Below, in pieces: positions 1-7,800 of a stretch of 8,940 nucleotides of DNA; the stretch's first letter is position 1; each line of letters starts with the position of its first letter. The DNA comes from Octopus sinensis (taxonomy: Eukaryota). The notes under the pieces were generated by a model that did not search any database, was not told the DNA's origin, and saw only the letters and a program-made list of their open reading frames with translations. Location: positions 1 to 8,940 of the forward strand of contig NW_021828189.1 in assembly GCF_006345805.1 (NCBI RefSeq), read 5' to 3'. The translations under genes were made by a program, and so were the position numbers.

Positions 1-595
1 AGTGGCTTAGGACAAGTGTCTTCCAGAGGACCATCATGTTTCTTGTTCTCTTGTTCTAAAGGTTCTAAGAATCCATCCAGCCAGCCGTCTACATTTCATT
101 ACAGTTTAGCAACATGTACATGAAAGGTCGCGTCATCACTCATGTGAATACCCAATCACGCACTGATTGTGCCTCTGGGATTGCAATCCCTCCGGGTCCA
201 GTGTATTCATTGGGTATTGCATTCAGTTTTGCATGCTGATAGCATAAAGCTTGAACTTTTCAGCATTGAACTGCATGCTATTCTTTTCAGCCACTTGTAT
301 ATTTTGTTCCAGCTCACATTGCAGGTGTTTAGTGTCTTCAGGGTTCTGTAGTGCCTGCGAAACTTTTGTATCATCTGCATAACTTGTGTGCGTGTATCTC
401 TGCGTGGCTGAGGGCATGTTTTGGGAGGGCCATATGAACAGTAGTGTCCCAAACAGTGCCCTGCGGAACACCGCTCACTATTTGCGTGTTAATGGCTACT
501 ACTACCACCTGACTTCTATTCTTCAGAAAGTCATGAAGCCATTCTCCTAATTTTCCAACTATGCCAAGATCGCTTTCAACATGTGATCTGTTGAG
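1..595 (-). mobile_element. Decayed CR1-like non-LTR retrotransposon, reverse transcriptase region (frameshifted, runs off the window start)
   Basis: Minus-strand frames give GKLGEWLHDFLKNRSQVVV...IVSGVPQGTV, then SYADDTKVSQALQNPEDTKHLQCELE...MQFNAEKF. Across further frameshifts they give SVR-LGIHMSDDATFHVHVAKL...WILRTFRTREQETMMVLWKTLVLSH. These are RT motifs (GVPQG, YADD) and the DLG...WILRTF segment typical of CR1-group LINEs. Confidence 0.9.
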
Positions 596-614
596 CACCA
601 CCAGCAAAAATATT

Positions 615-789
615 TTTTTCCTCTGTCTTCCCTTCTTGGGATCTTTCCTCCTCCTTGTTTCCGACGAAGAGCTCCGCTCGAAACGTTAAACCCTCCTTCC
701 CTTCTTTCTTGAGCGTCAAATAATACTTAATTGTTCCACGTCCTCGCGATGCTGTGTTTTTTTCTGTGTTTTCTTGTTTGGATTAACTT
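615..789 (+). mobile_element. Probable terminal fragment of a Penelope-like element or derived non-autonomous repeat
   Basis: Pyrimidine-rich segment carrying a minimal hammerhead-like core and ending at a (TA)n tract. No coding sequence is present. The assignment rests on the known association of minimal hammerheads with Penelope-like element repeats. Confidence 0.4.
657..691 (+). ncRNA. Minimal type I hammerhead-ribozyme-like motif (variant core)
   Basis: GTTT (657-660) / AAAC (688-691) form helix I. CCGACGA (661-667) matches CUGANGA with U4C, followed by an extra A at 668. GAGC-TCC-GCTC (669-679) forms helix II, then GAAA (680-683), palindromic ACGT (683-686) and a GUU triplet (685-687). 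Confidence 0.5.
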
Positions 790-814
790 TATATATATAT
801 ATATACATATATAT
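790..814. repeat. (TA)n microsatellite, one interruption
   Basis: Read directly: tatatatatatatatacatatatat. Confidence 0.95.
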
Positions 815-1206
815 GCTTATGTTGAACTAATCTTACTAGGAAGTAGAGGGAGGTACATCACATTGAGATACGCGTTATCTATTTGATTTTCAACCAAATG
901 AAATTGTAGGTTTATCTTACAGAGGACAATGAAGAACAGAAGACATAAAAATATAGAAAAAGGAGAGAAAAACCTACGAGATTGACTGCTTCGATTGTTA
1001 GCAAATCATAAGAAAAACACGGTACCTTTGTTATATTAGAATATAACAGTGCTTTCGTTTTCGTTTCTAAGTCTTATAGGAGAGAAAAAGTAAACAGAAC
1101 ATCTGTCTTATTGAAGATAACCCGTGTCAAAATAATAGACAAAAAACAAAACAGAAAAAATCGATAATAACATAATATAATACGTAATGCGATAATAATA
1201 ATGATA

Positions 1207-1344
<138 letters not shown>

Positions 1345-1539
1345 CCTTTCTACTATAGGCACAAGGCCTAAAGTTTTGGGGAACGGAGATAGTCGACCTC
1401 AGTACTCAACTGGTACTTATTTTATCGACCTCGAAAAGAAAGAAAGGCGAAGTCGATCTCGGCGGAATTTCAACATAATTACGGAAGGACAAAATGCTAT
1501 TCATTTTGCCCGGCGTGCTAACCATTCTACCAAGCTCAC
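1345..1539 (-). mobile_element. tRNA-derived SINE family 1, copy A (central domain resembles the Meta/MESC SINE domain)
   Basis: The reverse complement has an A-box-like head (TGGTAGAATGGTTAGC) and the core AAATTCCGCCGAGATCGACTTCGCCTTTC...GAGGTCGATAAAATAAGTACCAGTT. It aligns by eye with 1773-1989 and 4663-4847. The Meta-domain resemblance is from recall. Confidence 0.8.
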
Positions 1540-1772
1540 TATTTTTATTCACTATCATTATAGTAATAATATCTAGTAGGACCCGTGGAAATTCCTCGGA
1601 ATGGCAAAAAAATTAAGAGGACCTATTTAACAAAGAAAGGAGGATTTGTATTTCTATAGCATTCATAATTTAGCTTTCATTAAATATTTTTGACGTTCGT
1701 CTCCATGTATTTCCTCGCTTCTCCGTCGGTGTTGTCTTTTTTTCTCTTATTATTATATTTTCTCGCTAATAA

Positions 1773-1989
1773 GGCGGCGAGGTGGCAGAATCGTTAGTAC
1801 GCTGGATGAAATGCTTAGCGACATTTCGCCCGTCACCACGTTCTGAGTTCAAATTCCGCGAGGTCGACTTTGCCTTTCATCCTTTCGGGGTCGTTAAATT
1901 AAGTACCAGTTACGTACTGGGGTCGATCAAATCGACTGGCCCCCCTCCCCCAAAGTTCAGGCCATGTGCCTGTACTAGACAGGATTATT
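1773..1989 (+). mobile_element. tRNA-derived SINE family 1, copy B
   Basis: GGCGGCGAGGTGGCAGAATCGTTAG head (A-box-like), GAGTTCAAATTCC B-box-like motif, core GAGGTCGACTTTGCCTTTCATCCTTTCGGGGTCG..AAATTAAGTACCAG, and short GATTATT tail. Confidence 0.85.
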
Positions 1990-2155
1990 TGTTTTCGCTG
2001 ATCCTCTCTGATCTGTTTTCTATATCTGCGCATCCTTTCTCGGGTAGCCTGCAACCGTGTTTCTTGTGAATCCAATGTTTATGCTAAATTAACCATTATA
2101 AAAAAATATCAATCTTTTAAGCGAGGAGACGATAAATAATCGCACTTATGCGTAT

Positions 2156-2558
2156 TTTTTTTTCTTTTGGAAGCACTCCGTCGGTTACGACGATGAGGGT
2201 TCCGGTTGATCCGAATCAATGGAACAGCCTGCTCGTGAAATTAAAGTGTAAGTGGCTGAGCACTCCACAGACACGTGCACCCTTAACGTAGTTCTCGGGG
2301 GATATTCAGCGTGACACAGAAAGTGACAAGGCCGGCCCCTTGAAATACAGGTACAACAGAAACAGGAAGTAGAGAAATTAAAAATTTGGTGGGAAAGAGT
2401 ACAGCAGGGATCACCACCATCCCCTGCCGGAGCCTCGTGGAGCTTTTTTAGGTGTTTTCGCTCAATAAACACTCTCACAACGCCCGGTCTGGGAATCGAA
2501 ACCGCGATCCTATGACCGCGAGTCCGCTGCCCTAACCACTGGGCCATTGCGCCTCCAC
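2156..2558 (-). mobile_element. tRNA-derived SINE family 2, copy 1 (tRNA-Arg-like head), with A-rich tail and target-site duplication
   Basis: Near-identical to 6412-6798. The sense head GGAGGCGCAATGGCCCAGTGGTTAGGGCAGCGGACTCGCGGTCATAGGATCGCGGTTTCGATTCC is tRNA-like. The T-run at 2156-2168 is an A tail on the sense strand. The exact direct repeat CTTATGCGTAT lies at 2145-2155 and 2560-2570. Confidence 0.92.
2492..2546 (-). promoter_or_regulatory. Internal RNA polymerase III type 2 promoter (A and B boxes) of the SINE head
   Basis: Sense TGGCCCAGTGG (2546-2536) fits the A box. GGTTTCGATTCC (2503-2492) fits the B box with tRNA-like spacing. An equivalent pair occurs in copy 2. Confidence 0.65.
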
Positions 2559-2919
2559 TCTTATGCGTATGCGATGGTCGGTATAAAAAATTAGTTCAGT
2601 ATTAGAAATGCTTTTTAATATCAACACACAACCGTCACCACCACCGCTATCTACACCTCGCTCTCTCTCTTTTTCTCTTTCTATATATATTCTCTCTCTC
2701 TCAAAGAACTGCCTCCCCAGTCCATCTCTCTATCTATCTTTCCCATCAACTAACTTTTTAACAACATAATATTCCTAGCCCTCTCTACCGCGCGTCGTTA
2801 ACACTTCACTCTCCCATTTCTCCTCTCTTTTTCGTTTGTTCTTCGTTTCTACTTTCAGCTGGCCTAAGTATATTAATATCAATCACTTTTCTCTACTTTT
2901 TCGTCTCTTCTTTCTTCAT

Positions 2920-2923
<4 letters not shown>

Positions 2924-2986
<63 letters not shown>
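2924..2986. repeat. (CT)n microsatellite with one phase slip near 2957
   Basis: Read directly. It ends a pyrimidine-skewed stretch that begins near 2660. Confidence 0.95.
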
Positions 2987-2987
<1 letters not shown>

Positions 2988-3044
2988 ACTCCACCTCCAT
3001 CACCCTAACTAATGTATAACGGGCGAACGAACAGGCAGATCATA

Positions 3045-3320
3045 GATATTGGTAATTGGAACATGCGAACAGTAAATCTCGAGCCTATAATAATTAGTGC
3101 GTTGGGCACAGTAATCTAAGATATAAACAGATGACTGAAGGAGATTGAAACAGAATACCTGGTAGAGCTCCTACAGAAAGTTCGCCTCTTAAGGACAGCA
3201 AGGATTATCAGGAGGGTTCTAAGTATTTGAAAAACTGCTGAAAACGTGTGGATGCATAAGGCTACCGGTAGTAACCCGCTATCACATAAATCCTACCAAG
3301 TATAAGACCAAAACGGAGCT
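3045..3320 (+). mobile_element. 3' end remnant of an RLE-type non-LTR retrotransposon (R4/Dong-like)
   Basis: The frame ending at TGA 3228-3230 reads WNMRTVNLEPIIISALGTVI*DINR*LKEIETEYLVELLQKVRLLRTARIIRRVLSI*. This matches the C-terminal ...PIIIGALGTV...LQK..LLGTARI.R.VL signature of R4/Dong-type ORFs. A short putative 3' UTR ends in TATAATAAT. Confidence 0.75.
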
Positions 3321-3560
3321 TTGTTTCTATAATAATCTCTTATTAACCTCTGGGGTCTCATGTAAAAGATTGAAGACGATACAGGACAAAATGTGGGATT
3401 GAAACGTGGGATTGAAACGTGTATATAACGAAAAGCAAAGAAAATTTTAACAATTAAAATCCCCACCGAAAAGTGACTTCTTAGGGTTGCTCGTGAAAAC
3501 ATTAAAAAAAACACGATGGCCTATAGGACAAGTGCTATCTCCTTTTCATTTGACTTCGAT

Positions 3561-4590
3561 CTAGAGGTGCATGCTCAAAGTAGGTCCGTTCACATGGTTC
3601 ATTCGTGCTACATTTTTACTCACCTTTTAACAAAATTTCTGGGAGGCAGCACTTCCCTGTGTACTATCACTTTCGTTTGCAAGTTAAACTTGAAATGTTG
3701 CTGCGTGTTTAACCAAAGAGGTAAGTGTCTACCATCAGCCCTTTCATCCTAGTCTACCGCACAACCCCTTTCGCTAAGACCACCAAACAAAGAAACATTA
3801 CCTGTCCTTCCCTGCCTAAGGAAGGCGGAGGGGAGATATTCACGATGGATACAGCCGACGCCGGATCCGTCCTGCACGTGACATCAGGTGTTAAACATAG
3901 ACCCACAACTCAGAAATGCTCGAGCACTGGACGAGGGCGTGCAGGACAGTTTCGTTGCTCTGCGTGCGTCTCGAGCAAGCCTGGCTAATGGTTCTTCCAT
4001 GCCTGTAGAGTTTACTTGAAACGGCAATTGTCTCGCCCACCACCGGAGTCACTGCCAGGCAAGGAATCTCTGAAAGTTACCCATGGTCCCAGCTCAAAAT
4101 TCCTTCGGAATAGACAAGCCAGCTCATTCTCATCGGCGCCCAGATTCTCCCGAGAACGTCGTTGCACGCCTGTCACTTGCCCTCTATAGAACGCCTGAGT
4201 GGAACTTCCACCGACCGCGTTGCCCAACTGACAGAGGGATGTAAGCGCCTGACGACACTCTACGTACCAGGCACCCGGCCTCGGTCTACACTTGATTCAG
4301 GACTACAGCTCAGACAAAAAGACGAGCTGTGGGAAATCGTGTCCACACCTGTTCATCGTTTAGGAAGCACTAGTGATGTGACAGCCGCAGTGCATGTTTG
4401 CACATCAGCAGCCACGGCATTCCCAGACCTCCAATCAGCGGATGTTGACAGCAAATGGAGAGCCTGACCAATGAAACGCGTCCCTTCCACAGAAAACGGA
4501 AGAGTGCACGCTCTGGTTTGGTCAGACGTGAACTGAAAAAAGTCATGATGGTCAGCCGATGATACACGATGGAGGCGATGTATGCGTTGC
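3561..4590 (-). mobile_element. Decayed Tx1/L1-clade LINE, ORF2 C-terminal part (post-RT region and zf-RVT-type zinc-binding region), copy 1
   Basis: Minus frames give NAYIASIVYHRLT...LFRFLWKGRVSLVRLSICCQHPLIGGLGMPWL, then GNFQRFLAWQ, then KLYRHGRTISQACSRRTQSNETVLHALVQCSSISELWVY. The GGLG motif and the C..C....ET..H....C pattern (one Cys mutated) fit this clade. The ORF ends ...GPTLSMHL* at 3561. Many stops and frameshifts are present. Confidence 0.85.
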
Positions 4591-4602
4591 AGGACGGTTA
4601 AA

Positions 4603-4662
4603 TCATTTATATCAACCCCGGTGCTTAACTGGTATTTATTTTATCGATCCCTAAGGCAAATG
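4603..4662 (-). mobile_element. SINE family 1, partial core fragment D, tandem to copy C
   Basis: The reverse complement TTTGCCTTAGGGATCGATAAAATAAATACCAGTTAAGCACCGGGGTTGATATAAATGA repeats the family core. Confidence 0.7.
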
Positions 4663-4847
4663 GTCTTAAATTTACACACAGTGCCTGAAACTTTATGGTG
4701 GGGGGTACTATTCGATTACATCGACTCCAGTGTTTCACTGGTACTTAATCTATCGGCCCCGAAAGAGGCAAGGCCGACTTCGGCGGAATTTGAAATGAAA
4801 ACGTGAAGACGGACGAAATGCTGCGCTAACGAGTCTACCAGCCCGCC
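4663..4847 (-). mobile_element. tRNA-derived SINE family 1, copy C (internally deleted head)
   Basis: The reverse complement is GGCGGGCTGGTAGACTCGTTAGC...TTCAAATTCCGCCGAAGTCGGCCTTGCCTCTTTCGGGGCCGATAGATTAAGTACCAGTGAAACACTGGAGTCGATGTAATCG, collinear with copy B. Confidence 0.8.
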
Positions 4848-4895
4848 TTAATAATTGTAATAATATTTTCTTTATTGGTCATGATGGCTGAACTG

Positions 4896-4901
4896 ATAAT
4901 G

Positions 4902-4985
<84 letters not shown>
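4896..4985. repeat. (AAT)n microsatellite, lightly interrupted
   Basis: Read directly. It explains the poly-L/poly-Y end of ORF 4872..5177. Confidence 0.95.
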
Positions 4986-4987
<2 letters not shown>

Positions 4988-4988
4988 T

Positions 4989-5524
4989 GATGCAGTACCA
5001 GGCAGTGGCTCTCATGGCTTCTGATCTTAACTGATTGGAAGTGTTATCATGTACATTGTTTTGTCTTGGTATAAAAGACGGGCTACCGCAAATGTTCTGC
5101 TCAATACCAGATTTACTTGTCAGTTGTTTGACCATAACCAGTTGAGCATGTCCCTTAGTGGCTGATGATATATGCATCCCTTATCACGAGTAGAAGTAGC
5201 AGGGGAGCATTATAGCCATGTTTTGAGAGGAATTGTTTGGGGTTCGAATAATTCACCTCTGAAAACATGGCTGTTTCATTCAACATCCTTAAACAACCCT
5301 CATTCAGGGACCTTTTGAGCGGGATTGACTACTTGACCTGATGAAAATTCTAACTGCAAGGTCATGCGCTGTTTATCTTGATATGAGATCACCATGTCGT
5401 GCACATATGGTTGAGATGCATGTGCCTGGTGTACTCTTCTCAGACGGGTAGTCATGATGGGTATACTGGGTTTCGTATATTTTACCCCAGTGTCACTTTG
5501 ATGTCAGGCACTGCTCTCTCACTC
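4989..5524. mobile_element. Unclassified ~530-bp non-coding interspersed element bounded by (AAT)n arrays
   Basis: A complex, higher-GC block with sharp borders against AAT repeats on both sides. It shows no recognisable protein, TIR or tRNA head. Repetitiveness is from recall of octopus-like sequence and is not shown within this window. Confidence 0.5.
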
Positions 5525-5565
5525 AACAACAACAATAATGATATAATAATAATAATAATATAATA

Positions 5566-5609
<44 letters not shown>

Positions 5610-5642
5610 CATTATTATTATTATATTATTATTATTATTATT
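5525..5642. repeat. (AAC)/(AAT)n array joined directly to an (ATT)n array
   Basis: Read directly; the orientation flips at about 5566-5567. The (ATT)n part is plausibly the 3' tail of the minus-strand LINE at 5643-6342. Confidence 0.93.
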
Positions 5643-6342
5643 TCATATATTAGCCACCAGGGCCGACATATAGTAGACAATACAGTGGGCGTGGACAGTG
5701 GAGTTTTTACAGAAAACAACGAGTACACAATTAAAACAATAACAATATCAAACAAGAACATTATAACAATGAAAGTTCCTCAATAGTGGGTTAACCACCT
5801 GGGGTTGTCCTAGGTACCCCATCAATTCTGAACCTCTAGACGCTTCGAGGGCACACGTGAAGGGCACCCTTCTCCCTCTCATATTCACTAGCCTACACAC
5901 GGGCCATTTTCGCTACATTCACGCACCTTTTAGTAAACGTACTGAGGGGCAGCACTTCTCTCTCCATCCCCATCTTCCTTTCCAAGTGAAAGTTGAAAAA
6001 GTTGATGATGGATTGGACGAAGGAAAAAGTGACTATCTTCAGCTTTTCAACCTGGTCCACTTTACAACCTCATTCGCTACTGTTATCAGACAAAGGAAAA
6101 TTGCCTACCCTTCCGGACCGCAGATCGATCTTTACTATGGACTCTGCCGATTGCGGGATCCGTCCTAAACGTGATAACAGTTGTCCAGCTAGGGATTTCT
6201 GAAAGTTATCCGTCATCCTCGGCTCGAAAGTCATCCAGAACAGTTCGACTTCGTCGAGGCCTAACACCTTTCCGAGTGCGTCATTGCCCGTTCCCTCCAC
6301 TAACTCGCTATAAAACTCGAGAGTGGATCGCATTGCTCGACT
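5643..6342 (-). mobile_element. 5'-truncated Tx1/L1-clade LINE 3' end, copy 2, with 3' UTR and internal deletion
   Basis: ORF 6070..6354 (STLEFYSELVEG...DNFQKSLAGQLLSRLGRIPQSAESIVKI) and downstream frames (EVLPLSTFTKRCVNVAKMARV) parallel copy 1 (STQAFYRGQV..., NFQRFLAWQ, EVLPPRNFVKR). They are followed by a non-coding tail running into (TAA)n on the sense strand. Confidence 0.8.
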
Positions 6343-6932
6343 GTCTGCGAACAACTTCCGGGTCCACTCCCCTAATAAAACCCTTCTTTAATAACCAGAG
6401 CTTATACCAATGTGGAAGCACTCCGTCGGTTACGACGATGAGGGTTCCGGTTGATCCGAATCAACGGAACAGCCTGCTCGTGAAATTAACGTGTAAGTGG
6501 CTGAGCACTCCACAGACACGTGCACCCTTGACGTAGTTCTCGGGGATATTCAGCGTGACACAGAGAGTGACAAGGCCGGCCCCTTGAAATACAGGTACAA
6601 CAGAAACAGGAAGTAAGAATGAGAGAAAGTCGTGGTGAAAGAGTACAGCAGGGTGCACCACCATCCCCTGCTGGAGCCTCGTGGAGCTTTTAGGTGTTTT
6701 CGCTCAATAAACACTCACAATGCCTGGTCTGGGAATTGAAACCGCGATCCTATGACCGCGAGTCCGCTGCCCTAACCACTGGGCCATTGTGCCTCCACCA
6801 TTTTTTATATCAATATAGGTTTGCTGTATCAGGGTTGATTTAAGGTTAAATAACAACAAAATTATTACTGAGACACCCCAACGACGAAACCTGTGTGTGG
6901 TTGCATGACCTGCTAGAATAAGGAACCAAACT
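6343..6932. repeat. Unclassified ~190-bp repeat, copy X (6343-6400 plus 6799-6932), split by the SINE at 6412-6798
   Basis: After removing the SINE it aligns with the reverse complement of 8077-8269. Shared blocks include ACTTCCGGGTCCACTCCCCTAA, TTCTTTAATAACCAGAG, ATAGGTTTGCTGTATCAGG and TAAATAACAACAAAATTATTA. Confidence 0.85.
6412..6798 (-). mobile_element. tRNA-derived SINE family 2, copy 2
   Basis: Collinear and near-identical to 2168-2558 over its full length. It has no A tail. An imperfect flanking duplication occurs: TTATACCAAT (6402-6411) and TTATATCAAT (6805-6814). Confidence 0.92.
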
Positions 6933-7049
6933 TTTTTTTATATACAGAATAGAAAATCCTCTATCCTGGGAAGCAAGACGATATGGTCGCAGTTGGGACG
7001 TCTTTGATCATATCTATTCAATCAGATCCAACTCGGAACTAAACAACAA

Positions 7050-7126
7050 GTGACGAAAGGAACGCGACGAAGCAATGAGAGAGCCTTTACCTGGTCGCTC
7101 GAGTTGCTAGAAGGAGTAACCAAATC
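7050..7126. repeat. Diverged partial third copy of the unclassified repeat, same orientation as copy X
   Basis: CTGGTCGCTCGAGTTGCTAGAAGGAGTAACCAAA (7091-7125) resembles GTGGTTGCATGACCTGCTAGAATAAGGAACCAAA (6897-6930). Confidence 0.5.
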
Positions 7127-7273
7127 TTCATGACAAAAAGAATAATGAAATTTCCGTCTCCGAGAAAAAAAAATAATGCAAGTTTATATTATTTTATAAT
7201 GTTCGCCTAGGAATTCATTATTTTTAGAAAAGAATATGACAAAATGGTCGTGACTGGAACGCCTTTTCTCATA

Positions 7274-7800
7274 CACTTGCGTCGGAAATTAATTAGCACT
7301 TCTCAAATTTCTACATTTTCTTACATTTTCTTAATTTAATTAACTTATTGTCAGAAACGAACTCGTTTTTAATCAAAAATTTATTAAAACATATCCCAGC
7401 ACACCACATAATTGTTATTAATCGTGAAATTTAGTCAATATCTTGTTGCACCTCTTGGCAGCAAGACAGCTGCTACGCGGGTCGGCATGCTGTCTATGAG
7501 TGCCTGCAGGTACTGTGCAGGGATGGCCCCTCATGCAGCAAGAAGTGCCCCAAACAGCTCGTGTCGGTTCCTGTATTGCTGCACCTTCAAATCCTACCCA
7601 ATCGACTCCAGAGGTTCTCAATAGGGTTCAGGTCAGGTGACTGGCCAGCACGTACTCCTCGCCACCAAAGAGGTATCCCGTACTCTCTCAACGTACTTTG
7701 CTGCGTTGATGTTGCCTTCGACGGCATAGAGCCGCCCAACACCGCTGTAGCTGAACGCCCCTCACACCATCAGACCACCCCCACCATGCTTCATGGTGAG
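7274..7800 (-). mobile_element. Tc1-family DNA transposon remnant: transposase C-terminal pseudogene (7435-7797) plus one terminal inverted repeat
   Basis: Minus frames give TMKHGGGGLMV*GAFSYSGVGRLYAVEGNINAAKYV, LFGGEEYV, WP-SPDLNPIENLW, and LFGALLAA*GAIPAQYLQALIDSMPTRVAAVLAAK-GATRY*. TA (7272-7273) is followed by CACTTGCGTCGGAAATTAATTAGCACTT, which resembles Tc1 ends such as Sleeping Beauty CAGTTGAAGTCGGAAGTTTACATACACTT. No partner TIR is seen. Confidence 0.9.

Noticed and set aside
905-1027. Possible host exon (TTTATCTTACAG acceptor at about 922, GGTACC donor-like site near 1021)
   Set aside because: All three frames hit stops and the donor is weak, so it cannot be supported without RNA data.
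2185-2547. 120-aa ORF, and ORFs 6171..6536, 6461..6664, 1376..1576, 1782..2069, 4582..4806 and 8699..8908
   Set aside because: They fall within SINE copies. The frames are not preserved between near-identical copies and show no recognisable domains.
2480-2558. Functional tRNA-Arg gene (also about 6720-6798)
   Set aside because: The T-arm and anticodon stem pair poorly, and the head is fused to a repeated 320-nt body with TSD and tail. It is a SINE head.
3393-3421. Tandem GTGGGATTGAAAC x2, resembling a CRISPR repeat 3' end (ATTGAAAC)
   Set aside because: There are only two adjacent 13-nt units, no spacers and no cas genes, and the context is eukaryotic. This is a simple tandem duplication.
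3516-4467. Plus-strand ORFs 3516..3752, 3725..3988 and 4162..4467 (also 5857..6168, 5993..6202, 7412..7624, 7561..7830)
   Set aside because: These are antisense shadows of decayed minus-strand Tx1 and Tc1 coding sequence.
5338-5360. CTGATGA at 5339-5345 as a second hammerhead core
   Set aside because: No helix II followed by GAAA and no matching helix I, so the 7-mer is expected by chance.
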